IMG/VR virus record: IMGVR_UViG_2675903060_000003
Span: 1 to 64,000 of that record
Direction: 5' to 3' (one strand)
Source of the DNA: a virus
Taxonomy: Duplodnaviria; Caudoviricetes
Length of the DNA stretch: 64,000 bases
In this document: positions 17,513-28,052 of the stretch, in pieces
Layout: each line of letters starts with the position of its first letter
Position numbering within the stretch: the first letter of the stretch is position 1
Notes under the pieces: generated by a model
The model's database searches: none
Told to the model about the DNA's origin: nothing
The model's input: only the letters and a program-made list of their open reading frames with translations
Program-made: the position numbers and the translations under genes

Positions 17513-19334
17513 CCGACGGCACCTCGATTCCCTCGAAGATCAATTGCGCAGTCTCTTTGCCGTTGTCTGCCGAGGGCGGAGTGATGCCGATGCCGATGAT
17601 CCGCCGCACCCTCGACTGGGCGGGGTGCCATTCGTTGTGCAGGTAGATCCGCGCCTTGTCGCCGAGGCTGTTCGGCGTGAATGTCGGCTGCTGGCCGAGA
17701 GCGACCGTAACCGAGTCCACCCGCAGAGCACCCGGCGCGTTCGCAGCCCAGTAGGCGGCGTAGTCGTCCAGCGTCCCCTCGACCGACTCGCGCGGGAACG
17801 TCACCGTACGGTCCAACCGCGGCCAGCCGGCTTCGAGATGCGCCTCGGCGAGGACCGGCTCCGACACGAGGGGCATGCCGGAGGTCGAGGCGTCCTCGCT
17901 GACAGAGTCGCCTCGGGCCCGCCAGTAGGTGCCGCCCCGCAGGGCGTCCATCTCCTCCGACCAGGACAGGATGTCGCCGCCGTGCGGGGCGTCGCTGAAA
18001 ACGTGTTCGACGTCGGACGACCCGAGAGTTGGGCTTCCCCACACCCAGTGCCGTTCGATGCCGGACACGCCGGCGGCGATGTTGACCATCCACTCGAAGC
18101 CGTTGTCGGCCTGCCCGAGCTCCTGGAGGCGCTGCCCGTAGGAGCCTTCGTGGGCCGCATACGTGATGTCCCGGGTGACGCCGCTGCTGCCCGCCGCCGG
18201 GAGGAGCCGCAGATTGGCGTGATCGAGCCCCTGCATGGACTCGATCAAGCTACGTGCGATGTCGATCTGGTCCTCGCCGATGAAATCCAGCGGCTCGGGG
18301 ATCATCACCTGCGTCATGTAGGCGTCCATCGTGGACCCGGTGAGGCTGATGCTGGGCGCTTCCCTGCCGGACCGGGACACGGTGGCCGACGTGATCCAGT
18401 ACTCGCCCCAGGGGACGCCGTCGCGGAGGACGACGCAGGTGACGACGCCAGGCCCCACGCCGAGGTCGGCAGGGTTGGGCGAGATGACGCGCTTCACCCT
18501 GTCGCGGATCTTTGTCGAGGTGATGGGGATGGTCGCGCTGAAGCTTCCCGCCTGGCCGATCCGCTTGTCGAAGGTGACGCCGGACAGTTCCAGGTCGTCC
18601 AGGTAGGTACCGTCCCAGCGGGTGAAAACCCACCGGTACAGGGCGCTGCCCCGGCCCGGCGTGAAGGCGGGCGGCGGCGGGCCTGTGTCGGGCTCGGTGA
18701 CCACCGACGCGATCGAAATGCTGACGCCGATCCCAAACCGGATGTCCGGCGGAGAGAACACGAAGTCCTTCTGGCCGGTCGGCGCCGACGAGTTGATCTG
18801 TCGTGACGCCGCCACCGACGACAAGGTGTCGCTCTCCTGCACGACGCCGCGCAGGCTGTAGCCGGACGGCGGAGTCCAGGTGAGGGTCTGGCCCGCGTAC
18901 GGGTAGACGCTCGCCAGCCGCAGCTCGATGCTGGAAGCGGCGGCGGGCGGCACCTCGGGCGTGGGTGCCGTCTCGGCAACGATGTCCTCGATCGCGACCT
19001 GCGGCGACGTGGACGTGTCCGCTCCGGTGATGCACAGGATGTGGACGGTGCCGGACGCCTCGATGTCCTGCTCGAACTCGTAGGAGGTGGGCTCGCTGGC
19101 GGTGGCGGTTTTGCGGTAGATGCGGACGGCGAGGATGTTCGGGTAGTTCTGCGACGCCAGCCCTGACCACCCGGAGGGGCCGCGCGTCCCGGACAGGCCG
19201 TACGTGTTGAAATGGACCGCGATCAGGATGTCACCGGCAGCGACGCCGGAAGGCCGGTTGACTTCAATGAAGTCGCCGAACGCGGCACCCGTGGCATGAG
19301 AGCGGACCTTGGCGGGCACGATCACCCCCGCCAA
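17505..19334 (-). CDS. Baseplate hub/minor tail protein with an extra N-terminal beta domain
   Basis: Position after Dit; C-terminal siphovirus minor-tail-like region; N-domain shared with 45237-48962. Confidence 0.8.
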   Translation of the reverse strand: MAGVIVPAKVRSHATGAAFGDFIEVNRPSGVAAGDILIAVHFNTYGLSGTRGPSGWSGLASQNYPNILAVRIYRKTATASEPTSYEFEQDIEASGTVHILCITGADTSTSPQVAIEDIVAETAPTPEVPPAAASSIELRLASVYPYAGQTLTWTPPSGYSLRGVVQESDTLSSVAASRQINSSAPTGQKDFVFSPPDIRFGIGVSISIASVVTEPDTGPPPPAFTPGRGSALYRWVFTRWDGTYLDDLELSGVTFDKRIGQAGSFSATIPITSTKIRDRVKRVISPNPADLGVGPGVVTCVVLRDGVPWGEYWITSATVSRSGREAPSISLTGSTMDAYMTQVMIPEPLDFIGEDQIDIARSLIESMQGLDHANLRLLPAAGSSGVTRDITYAAHEGSYGQRLQELGQADNGFEWMVNIAAGVSGIERHWVWGSPTLGSSDVEHVFSDAPHGGDILSWSEEMDALRGGTYWRARGDSVSEDASTSGMPLVSEPVLAEAHLEAGWPRLDRTVTFPRESVEGTLDDYAAYWAANAPGALRVDSVTVALGQQPTFTPNSLGDKARIYLHNEWHPAQSRVRRIIGIGITPPSADNGKETAQLIFEGIEVPSGG

Positions 19335-19347
19335 CGTCGGTCGTGGC

Positions 19348-20421
19348 CTAGAGCCAGGCGTCCCGGTACAGCACGGTCAGGCCGGTCGTGCCGCCCGAGT
19401 CGGCGGCGAACGTCAGCACGTTGGTGTCGCGTTCGAGGACGAAGTCCGCGACCGGGGCGGACGCGCCGGTCAGAGTGGACAGGACGCTCTCCCCGTTGAC
19501 GGTGGCATTGCCTGCATCAGTGTCGATGGTGAGGCGTTGCCCGCTCGGGACGGTGAGGAGGAAGCTCAGCGTCCGCTCCAGGGTCGGGTTGGTGATGACC
19601 GGGTTGACCACCGGCCCATCCACCCTCAGCAATGGGTGCGAGGCGACGTTGCCCGCGTTCTCGACGTCGGCGGTAGACCCCGGCGGGATGGCGACACCGG
19701 ACCTGACGACGTTGTAGCGGCGCGGGTCCGCGCAGATCCAGCGGACCGACACCTGCACCCAGCCGACGTGGTACGACGCCATCGGCATGGCGCGGGTGTC
19801 CACGACCGCCTCAGGCACCATCAGCACCTCGTCGCGGGTGGACACCACCAGCGGCTGACCGGCTTCACTCGCGGGAGGCGTCAGCAGGCGGCGCAACGTG
19901 GCGACCGCGCCGGCGAAGTCGTCGCCGTCGCCGACGTTGATGGCGAGCGTGGCGGTGACCTGCCGCTCCTGCGACCGGTACCGGCCCGGCCACGACCCGT
20001 GCCAGGTGGGCCGGGACACGTTGGAGGAGTCCATGCCGGGCAGGTCGTCCCAGCCCTCAACGCCGATGATCTGGTAAATGTTGCCGTGCCCGCCGAACAG
20101 CGTCCCGTTGTACTCGATCTGGTACGAGCCGGTGATCGAATCGCCGGGCTTGATCGGCACCGACACGCCAGGACTGGGCCACTCCGACGTCGTCTCGAAG
20201 ACCGGCAGGACGGGGTGGTAGTCGTAGGCGAACTCCAGCCCAGGCCACTCCGACGTCGTCTCGAACGGCCCGAGGAACAGGTTGGCGTTCGGGGTCTCAA
20301 CGCTGACCGGCGGCCACTCCGAGACGGTCTCGAAGATGCCGAGCGTCCGCGACTGATCCCAGTTTCGAGGGTGCCGGGACAGGCTCGGCCGGTTCGGATA
20401 GGAGCGTCCAGCGCGGGCCAC
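19348..20421 (-). CDS. Distal tail (Dit)-like protein with N-terminal repeats
   Basis: GWDDLP, WICADPRRY, VLYRDAWL motifs; three FETxSEWP repeats. Confidence 0.8.
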   Translation of the reverse strand: MARAGRSYPNRPSLSRHPRNWDQSRTLGIFETVSEWPPVSVETPNANLFLGPFETTSEWPGLEFAYDYHPVLPVFETTSEWPSPGVSVPIKPGDSITGSYQIEYNGTLFGGHGNIYQIIGVEGWDDLPGMDSSNVSRPTWHGSWPGRYRSQERQVTATLAINVGDGDDFAGAVATLRRLLTPPASEAGQPLVVSTRDEVLMVPEAVVDTRAMPMASYHVGWVQVSVRWICADPRRYNVVRSGVAIPPGSTADVENAGNVASHPLLRVDGPVVNPVITNPTLERTLSFLLTVPSGQRLTIDTDAGNATVNGESVLSTLTGASAPVADFVLERDTNVLTFAADSGGTTGLTVLYRDAWL

Positions 20422-20432
20422 CGGTCACCCCC

Positions 20433-21128
20433 TCACCAGGAAGCGGCGCGGTGAACCGCCCCGGTAGGACGGAAAACAGCAGCACGAGGAAGGTCGGGCG
20501 CGGCGAGGACCTCAATCGCGGCCCAGTTCCACAACCTGCTACCGCTGCCGTTGAAATTCAGCGTGACCGTGCTGCCGGGCGTCGGGGTAGTCGCCGCCTT
20601 ATGGACCGCAATGCCGGAGGTCTCGCCGCTGACGTTCCAGGCATACCCGACGTCGCTGCTGGTGACCGCACCAGCCTGGTTCTCGTCCGCCGCGATGCCC
20701 ACCGCAAGCGAGTTCTTGCCCGTCGAGGTATAGACGTTCGGCGTCAGGCTCGCGGTGCTGCTGCTGCCCTCACCTGTCGCGCCGACCGGCACGGACAACT
20801 CCACCCCAGTGATGACAAGAACCTTGAGCGTCACGAAAGTGCCGAAAACGGAGGTGGCCGTCACCGTACGCGCGGCCGAGGAGGCCGCAGGCGCAGTAAA
20901 GATCTCCACCGCAGGGACGTTGCCGCCGCTGTCGAGGATGTCCCTTTTGACCCGGCTGGTCCAGGTCAGCGTGCCGCCGGTGCTGCTCATCGTGTGAGTG
21001 GTTGTGCCAGCGTTCGACGAGACCAGCGCCACCAGCAGCGAATCCGCCGGGGCGGTGAAAGACGCCGTGGTGCGCGGCTTGTCGCCCGTAACAAGCGCCG
21101 GAGAAGAGGAATGGACGACGAGCGCCAC
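20433..21128 (-). CDS. Minor tail protein, Ser/Thr-rich beta domain
   Basis: Position and composition. Confidence 0.7.
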   Translation of the reverse strand: MALVVHSSSPALVTGDKPRTTASFTAPADSLLVALVSSNAGTTTHTMSSTGGTLTWTSRVKRDILDSGGNVPAVEIFTAPAASSAARTVTATSVFGTFVTLKVLVITGVELSVPVGATGEGSSSTASLTPNVYTSTGKNSLAVGIAADENQAGAVTSSDVGYAWNVSGETSGIAVHKAATTPTPGSTVTLNFNGSGSRLWNWAAIEVLAAPDLPRAAVFRPTGAVHRAASW

Positions 21129-21599
21129 CTAGCAGCGCTCCCAGATCATGGTGGCCCGTACGCTGACGCTGGCACCGGCGGTGAACCTCAGCACGAACCC
21201 CTCGGACACGGCCGAGTCGAAGGTGTCGCCCAACGGCAGGTCATACAGGAGCGTGCCACCGTTCGGGGTGAGCGGAATCTCGCCGATCACGCTCAGCACC
21301 GTCGGCTCCGAGGTCCAGTTCTTCGCCGCTGTCACCCCGTGGGCGATGGTCCGCCCGTACACCTGCGCCGGCGTCACCGAAGACGAGCTGGTGCCCGGCC
21401 CATTGGTTGCGAAAGTGGCGTAGCAAAGCTCGCAGGTGACCGGCGCTTCCGAGGCGGTCACGCCGGTGAAGCCCCACCACACCTTCTTCAGGTCGATACC
21501 GAAGTCTGCGGCGGACTTCACGCCGAGCACCGACTTGGTGGTAGACGACGCCAGGGACACGGCCCCGCCCGTCACGATCGAGTAGCCGCACTTGGCCAC
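21129..21599 (-). CDS. Minor tail protein
   Basis: AAGGAGG RBS; beta-rich. Confidence 0.7.
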   Translation of the reverse strand: MAKCGYSIVTGGAVSLASSTTKSVLGVKSAADFGIDLKKVWWGFTGVTASEAPVTCELCYATFATNGPGTSSSSVTPAQVYGRTIAHGVTAAKNWTSEPTVLSVIGEIPLTPNGGTLLYDLPLGDTFDSAVSEGFVLRFTAGASVSVRATMIWERC

Positions 21600-21663
21600 G
21601 ATCGGCCTCCTTACATGCGAAAAGCCCGGCCATCAGGCACGGGCGAGAGTCGAAAAGGCCGGG

Positions 21664-22131
21664 TCAGGCGGTATTGCGGAGCACCTGCCGCCACACCCCG
21701 TCGGAGTGCCACGAAAGGGTGTAGCTGCCGTCGGCCGTGCTGTACGTCTGGCCGAAGAACCGCATCAGAACGGCCCGGCTGGACAAGGACGGGACATAGA
21801 TGAGAATCCCGGCGGCGTCGATCGTGGACTCGGTCCAGGTGACCGAGCCGAGCTTCCAGCCGATCTTGTTCGCGGCGCTCCCGAGCTCGGCGAAGCTGAC
21901 CACTGTCAGGTCCGCGCCGCCCGCCGTATAGCCGGGGCCCGAGGACTCGCCGGAGTTCAGCGGCGACGTGCCATAGGCCGGGTTTGCCTGCGAGAAGTTC
22001 GGCGACGCCGACTCCTCGTAAAGGGCGCCCTTGAAGGCTCCCGGAGTGGTGTCGGCCAAGTTCAGCGCGATGGTGTTGGACAAGGCCGCGACCATCGTCG
22101 AGTTGAACCAGCCATCCTGGGTGAGCGCCAA
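21664..22131 (-). CDS. Structural protein, paralogue of 49025-49477
   Basis: ESSGPGYTAGGADL...VTWTESTI...YSTADGSYTLSW. Confidence 0.8.
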   Translation of the reverse strand: MALTQDGWFNSTMVAALSNTIALNLADTTPGAFKGALYEESASPNFSQANPAYGTSPLNSGESSGPGYTAGGADLTVVSFAELGSAANKIGWKLGSVTWTESTIDAAGILIYVPSLSSRAVLMRFFGQTYSTADGSYTLSWHSDGVWRQVLRNTA

Positions 22132-22144
22132 CGCGGACGCCTCC

Positions 22145-22396
22145 TTAACTCAGGTTGATGTGGACGTCCCTGCGCTGCCTGCCGTGGCCGTCTGTTCGCT
22201 CGGTCACCCGGTTGCCGAGTTGGTCGATGACCCGCTTGAACCGACCGCCGTCGGCGGTTCGGCCCTCCCTCACCTGGTCACGGGTGACCCAGGTCCGATC
22301 GCCGACGACCACGTCAGCGGTGCGCCCCTCACCGAGAGGCGCACCACCGCGCATGTGCTCGCCGAACGTCTCGCCGCTCTCGGGATCCCAGGGCAT
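22145..22396 (-). CDS. Small protein, paralogue of 49763-50053
   Basis: DQVREG...KRVIDQLGNRV...DVHI; GGAGG upstream. Confidence 0.7.
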   Translation of the reverse strand: MPWDPESGETFGEHMRGGAPLGEGRTADVVVGDRTWVTRDQVREGRTADGGRFKRVIDQLGNRVTERTDGHGRQRRDVHINLS

Positions 22397-22427
22397 GCCG
22401 AAGACGCCTCCTGTAGATATAGATGGA

Positions 22428-25400
22428 TCAGCGAGGCCGCGCCTTGGACAGCCAGTAGAGCTCCCGCGCGATGGCGCCTGGCGACTGCTCCGGGGTGGCG
22501 TTGAACTGGTCGATGTTGAACAGCGGGCCATCGCCGCCGCGCGTCGCCCCCTGCATGGACTGCCACTGCTGATCCGTCAGCACCGGCTCAGGCGAGCCCG
22601 TCCCGTTGTAGACCAGGCTGTGACCGGTCGGCAGGTAGCCGCCCGAGTCGTACTCCGTGGGCGGGACGCCGATCACCTGAGCAGCGCGGGCGGCCACCTC
22701 GCGCACCTTCAGCCCGGTCTGCGGCGCCTCGACGATCGTGTTGGGACCCGAATACATCCACACATGGCCCGGATGCGGGAAACCAAGCGCACCTGGCACA
22801 GGCGCACTGATGGGCTTGACCCATCCCATCTGCTGCTGGCTGGTCCGGGGGATGTCGGACCGGCCGGCGGCCTGCCATGCGCGCATGGTCAGGCCCGAGC
22901 AGTCGAAGGTGTTCGGACCGGTCGCGCCGAACTCGTAGTCCTTGCCAATCTGTGCCCGCGCGAACGCGAGCGCCTTGGCCGCGCCTGGCCCGCCCTGCTT
23001 CGCCTCCTCGGCGGTCAGGAAGTCGATCACGCCCTTCACGAGCACCTTGGGCACGTTGACGAGCATCTGCGCGAACGGGTTGTCGCCCATCGCCGCTGAT
23101 GCCCGATCCAGGATCGGGTTCAGGATCTTCTCCGCGCCGAGCTTCACGCCCTGCGCGAGGATGTCGCCGACGATGCCGCCGCCGGCGAACGCGCCCATAA
23201 ACCGCTGCACCCCGGACACGCCGCCGCGGCGAGCAGCCGCATTGGCCTGGTGCACGTAGTCGGATCCGACCGCCCGCGTCCACTCCGGACGCATGATGGC
23301 CTCGCCACCGCTGACGGCTGCCACTCCGACGTCACGGCCAGGCGTGTAGCCGGGGTAGATGCCGCCCTTGGCGAACCCGGAGAACTTGAGCTCCGGCAGT
23401 TCGGACAGCTTCAACGCCTTCGCCACCGCGTTCCACACGGCACGGATGCCGTTGTTGTAGACGGTGTTGACCATGAACTCGACCGGCTTGGCCGCGATCG
23501 ACTTCAGGCTGTCCCAGAACTTTCCGATCAGCTCGACCCCGGACTTGAAACCCTTCGGCAGGGTGTCGGTCACAAAAGTCCACAGCGCCTTCACCGCGGG
23601 CTGGATGACGTTCTCCCAGGCAACCTTGATGCCCTTGCCGATCGCATCCCAGGCAGGCTTAATGACCTTTTCCCACAGCCACGTGATTGCAGGTCCGAGG
23701 ATGGTCTGCCAGTACAGGACCAACGCGGCGACGGCAGGCTTGATGATGTTGTTCCAGGCGAACTTGACAGCCGCCGAGATGCCATCCCATGCGGGCTTGA
23801 CGATGTTGTTCCACAGCCACGTGATCACCGGGCCGAGGACCTTCTGCCAGTACAGCACCAGCGCCGCCACGGCAGGCTTGACGATGTTCTGCCACGCCCA
23901 CTGAATCGCGGTGCTGATCGCGTCCCACGCGGGCTTGACGACGTTCTCGTACAACCAGGTGATGACCGGCCCCAGAATCGTCTGCCAGTACAGCACCAGC
24001 GCGGCGATTGCGGGCTGGATGATGTTCGTCCATGCCCACTCGATCGCTGCGGCGATGCCGTCCCACGCGGGCTTGAGCACGTTCTGCCAGAGCCATGTCG
24101 CCGCCGGAGCGATGACGTTCTGCCACAGCCAGACCAGCCCGTTGAAGACCGGCTGCAGCACGTTCGTCCACAGCCACTGGGCCGCTACGCCGATCGCCTT
24201 AAACGCGGCATCCACGATCGACCGGAACGTCTCGCTGTTCTGGTAGGCGTAGGTGAGTCCGGCGACGAGCAGCCCGATCGCAGTGATGATCAGCCCGATG
24301 GGGTTCTTCGACAGAACCACGTTCAGCACTCGCTGAGCGATCGCCCACGCCTTGACGCCGAGCACGATCCCGCCGATTGCTAGGGCAATGGCCTGGATGG
24401 CGGACGGGCTGAGCTTGCCGATCCACCCGACCAGGGCCGACAGCCCGGACAAGGCGGCGGAGCCGAACGGGGCCAGAGCAGAGATGATGTTGCCGATCGC
24501 CGAGCCGATGTTCTTGAACAGCTCGACGACCTTCGGGATGTTCGCCTGCGCGAAGCTGATGAACTTCTGGAAGCCGGGGTTGGACTGCAGGTTCTTGCCC
24601 CAGGTGGCGAACGCGGAGGTGGCCTTCTCGATGCCGCCCACCACCGTGCCGGAGAACGGCAGGAACGCCCGGATAATCCCTGCGATGCCCTCGATGACGT
24701 TGCCGAATGACTTCCCGAGCCCCTCAACCACGCCGGGCGCCTGCTTGCTGAGCTGGTCGAAGAAGTCCTTCCAGAACGGGCCGCCGAGCGCCTTGCGGGC
24801 GGAGTCCTCCAGCCCGACCAGCGAGTCGGCGGTCCCCTTGATCAGCGGAGTGAGCGGCTTGAACAGCGACTCGATGACCTTCAGACCGCCCGTGATGACC
24901 GGCAGCACCGACGTGCCGAGGTCCTTCTGGAACCGCTCGTATGACTCCTTGAACGCCTTGATCGACTGAGCTGCAGCCTGCTCCGCCGGCGACAGGTCGG
25001 CCGTCTTCTGTGCGGCGGTAGCTTGGGTGGCGGAAGCGCGAGCCGCCTGCTTGGCGGCCTGCTTTGCCTGCTCTGCACGGATTTTCTCCTGCAGCTTGGC
25101 GATCTTCTGGTCGCGCTTGACCCGCTCCAGAGCCGCCTTCGCGTCGTCGACCCGGTCCTCGGCGTCTCGGACGGCCTTGCGGGCGTCGGCGACCCGCTTG
25201 GCCGCCTCCTCGCCCGCCTTGCCCGCCTCCTCGTAAGCCTTGGCCAGGTCCCGCTCGGCGTCGATCACGCGGCGGTTCGCCGCCTCGACCTGCTCCTTCG
25301 CCGAGACCACGCGGTCGTTGCCTTCGACGCCCTTGGCTTGCTCTTCGTTGAGCCGCTCCTGCTCGGCCTTCAGCTCCTCGACCCGGAGCTGGGTGCGCTC

Positions 25401-26510
25401 GTAGGCGATCGACGCGCGTTCGATCTCGTCCGCGTTGCCGCTCCTGCGGGCCTTCGCCAGATCGGCTTCGGCCTCCTTCAGGTCGAGCGCCGCCTGCCGC
25501 TGATCCAGCGCGTTACCCCGCAGCGTGCGGGCCACATCCTGCAGGTGCTTGATCGCCTCGGCACGGGCCCGATTCAGGTCCTCCTGCGCTCGCAGCGCCT
25601 GCCGTTGAGCATCGGCCAGCGACCGTTCCGCAGACGTCGCGCGCTGAGCCGCGGAAACCTGCGCCTGCGCCGCAGCCTGGACCGCCGACTTCAGCCGATC
25701 CTTGGCTTGCGAGACGCCGGCCACGGCGTCCTTGACCCGGTCCTGAGCCTGCCGGAGCTGGTCGGCGGCGTTCGCCGCCTGTAGCTGGGCGATCTGAGCC
25801 TGAGCCTGCTCGATCACCAGGTTCCGGGTCGCCCCGGCAGCGTTCGACAGGCCGCGTGCGGCGCTGTTCGCCGCCGTTTCCTGCGCCTTCAACGCCTCGT
25901 TAATCCGTGACAGCGACGGGATCGCGACAGCCGACAGCGCCGCTATGCCCACGCCAGCAGTCACCGCTGCCCCGGCCAGCCCGGCGGCGCCCAGCCCGAC
26001 CGCCGCAGCCGCAGGTAGTGCCGCCAGAGCCGCAGACACTGCGGCGATCCCGGCCAGCGCCCCCGCCACATCGGCGTCAACTTGGACGTGGGCAGTGCGG
26101 CCATCCACCCGCGAGACAGAAGCGTCGGTCGCCGCCATTCCCGCCTGGGCGCCGGCAGTGTCCACATCGACCCGCACATCGGCGCGGCGGCCATCCAGCC
26201 GCGACACTGTGCCGTCCAGTGCGGCCATCGCAGCCTGAGCCGCCCCTGTGTCCGCTTGCGCGCCGATCCGCACCTGCTGGCCGGAAGTCCGCTGGGCCTC
26301 TCGGGACAGCTCTTGGACGGCGGCTCGGGCGCGCGTTGTGTCCGCCGAGACCGGGATGTCGATCCGCTGCATCTGTGCAGCAATGGACTGCTGCATCTCC
26401 CGCCCGACCTTGGCCGCGGCGGGAACGAGTTGCCTGCGTAGCGAATTGATGATCCCGGATGCATCCGGCACAACTGGGACGACAACCTCGCCAGCCTGGA
26501 ACTCGGCCAC
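22428..26510 (-). CDS. Tape measure protein with C-terminal NlpC/P60 peptidase
   Basis: 1360 aa; coiled coils; 11-aa Trp-periodic repeats; FDCSGL and GHV motifs. Confidence 0.95.
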   Translation of the reverse strand: MAEFQAGEVVVPVVPDASGIINSLRRQLVPAAAKVGREMQQSIAAQMQRIDIPVSADTTRARAAVQELSREAQRTSGQQVRIGAQADTGAAQAAMAALDGTVSRLDGRRADVRVDVDTAGAQAGMAATDASVSRVDGRTAHVQVDADVAGALAGIAAVSAALAALPAAAAVGLGAAGLAGAAVTAGVGIAALSAVAIPSLSRINEALKAQETAANSAARGLSNAAGATRNLVIEQAQAQIAQLQAANAADQLRQAQDRVKDAVAGVSQAKDRLKSAVQAAAQAQVSAAQRATSAERSLADAQRQALRAQEDLNRARAEAIKHLQDVARTLRGNALDQRQAALDLKEAEADLAKARRSGNADEIERASIAYERTQLRVEELKAEQERLNEEQAKGVEGNDRVVSAKEQVEAANRRVIDAERDLAKAYEEAGKAGEEAAKRVADARKAVRDAEDRVDDAKAALERVKRDQKIAKLQEKIRAEQAKQAAKQAARASATQATAAQKTADLSPAEQAAAQSIKAFKESYERFQKDLGTSVLPVITGGLKVIESLFKPLTPLIKGTADSLVGLEDSARKALGGPFWKDFFDQLSKQAPGVVEGLGKSFGNVIEGIAGIIRAFLPFSGTVVGGIEKATSAFATWGKNLQSNPGFQKFISFAQANIPKVVELFKNIGSAIGNIISALAPFGSAALSGLSALVGWIGKLSPSAIQAIALAIGGIVLGVKAWAIAQRVLNVVLSKNPIGLIITAIGLLVAGLTYAYQNSETFRSIVDAAFKAIGVAAQWLWTNVLQPVFNGLVWLWQNVIAPAATWLWQNVLKPAWDGIAAAIEWAWTNIIQPAIAALVLYWQTILGPVITWLYENVVKPAWDAISTAIQWAWQNIVKPAVAALVLYWQKVLGPVITWLWNNIVKPAWDGISAAVKFAWNNIIKPAVAALVLYWQTILGPAITWLWEKVIKPAWDAIGKGIKVAWENVIQPAVKALWTFVTDTLPKGFKSGVELIGKFWDSLKSIAAKPVEFMVNTVYNNGIRAVWNAVAKALKLSELPELKFSGFAKGGIYPGYTPGRDVGVAAVSGGEAIMRPEWTRAVGSDYVHQANAAARRGGVSGVQRFMGAFAGGGIVGDILAQGVKLGAEKILNPILDRASAAMGDNPFAQMLVNVPKVLVKGVIDFLTAEEAKQGGPGAAKALAFARAQIGKDYEFGATGPNTFDCSGLTMRAWQAAGRSDIPRTSQQQMGWVKPISAPVPGALGFPHPGHVWMYSGPNTIVEAPQTGLKVREVAARAAQVIGVPPTEYDSGGYLPTGHSLVYNGTGSPEPVLTDQQWQSMQGATRGGDGPLFNIDQFNATPEQSPGAIARELYWLSKARPR

Positions 26511-26552
26511 GACTCACCCCCGGAAGGTTGCGGATGGGGCCGCGGCCGGCCG

Positions 26553-27391
26553 TTAGGAGTTGCGCGGCAGGTGAGTGACCTGGCCGGGTTTCGTTTGCTG
26601 CCAAGAGCCGGTGAGGGGTGCGCCGCGGATGCGAGCCAGTACCGCTTCCTGCTGTTGCAGCGTGAGTGGCTTGCGGCTCTTGCCGCCCTTCGGTTTGACG
26701 CCTGGCCTCGGGACCGGGTCAGGGGGCTTGGATCTGCCCTTGCCCCCGTTGGCGATCACAGTGACGTGGACCAGCCAGCGCACCGAGTCGATCAGTGACG
26801 CGAGAAGCATCTCCGCCTGTGACCACTGCCCCTGCGAGGGGTCCGCCGACTTGCTGGCCTGCGACAGTTCGGAATCGCCCATCTGGTTACGCAAAGCCGT
26901 CTTGGTGGCGGACTCGGGCGGCAGCCCGCGGATCAGCACGCCGAGCAGCCGCCATGTCAGCCGCGATCGCCCACCGCCCGGCCTTTTCAGGTCCCGAAGG
27001 TCAACCTGGTAGCGGAGCCACAGGTCGCCCTCTACCGCCTCCGAGTGCTCTTTGAGGAGCGCGCGGAGGCTTTGGACCCCCCCGGGGTGACTCCGTAATG
27101 CTCCTGGCAGGCTTCGAGCAGCTTGTTCAGTTTGCGGGTCGGCACCTCATGTGCAGCGAACCGCTCGAAATCGTCGCCGAGCAGCGCCGCCACGTACGTG
27201 AGCAGCCAGTCCGGGGCGCTGGTGTCCGCCAGCGCCTGCCAGTCGATGTCCTCGGGCGCGAGCATCGTGAACACTTCGCCGCCGAGGGTGAATGTGAACG
27301 GCTCCTGCGTGGCCTCGTTCTCGACAGCGTCAAGGTCGAAGTGCGACACGGGCTCTCCGGACTGGGTGATCAGCTTGGGGGTTGCCATCAT
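26553..27391 (-). CDS. Tail assembly chaperones G (27032-27391) and GT via -1 frameshift
   Basis: CCG GGG GGG TCC at 27077-27083; the -1 frame is open to 26553. Confidence 0.85.
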
Positions 27392-27975
27392 CAGGAGCTG
27401 ACCTCGTCCACCTCGGGTGCCAGGTAGGCGTGGTAGACCAGGTTGCCCGAGGCGTCCGGGTAGGTGGAGATGGTCCACTCGTAGCCGGCCATCTCGCCCT
27501 GGGCGTAGGTAACCTCGGACCGCTCCGTGATCTCGCCTTCGGGGATGAAGAACCGCTCCCAGACGTCGCCGTCGTACACGTCGAAAATCCACGCGCGTCG
27601 GTCCGGCATGGAGACGCCGCTCTCGGCGAAGGTCACCACGCCGTCGACGTCCGGCACCAGCTCCGCCACGGCGATCTTGTACTGGAGGCTCTTGACGATC
27701 GGCCTGTTCGTCTCCCACGCCGTGAAGCTGAAGGTCCTCACCGAGGAGGTGGTGACGGTACGGAACGGCGAGTTCAGGCCCCACGGCGTGAAGCTTTCGC
27801 TGTCCTCGTCCACACCATTGGTGAGACCGTCATCGCTGATGGCGCCGATCGGGAGCCACAGGCCGCTCGGCGTCTCCGCCGGGTCGGTCGGCTGCGCGGT
27901 GCCGAGCGGAGCCACCCAGGCCCCGCCGTTGGAGCCGACGAGCGCGAGGTCGTCGGCGCGAACAATGGTTGCCAT
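27391..27975 (-). CDS. Major tail tube protein
   Basis: IGAISDDGL, FTAWETN motifs; position. Confidence 0.9.
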   Translation of the reverse strand: MATIVRADDLALVGSNGGAWVAPLGTAQPTDPAETPSGLWLPIGAISDDGLTNGVDEDSESFTPWGLNSPFRTVTTSSVRTFSFTAWETNRPIVKSLQYKIAVAELVPDVDGVVTFAESGVSMPDRRAWIFDVYDGDVWERFFIPEGEITERSEVTYAQGEMAGYEWTISTYPDASGNLVYHAYLAPEVDEVSS

Positions 27976-28052
27976 TGGTGATCTCCTGATCTCCCAGGTA
28001 GGGCATGCGAAAGCCCTCGGACAGGCAGGTCCGAGGGCTGAAGTGGATGCGG

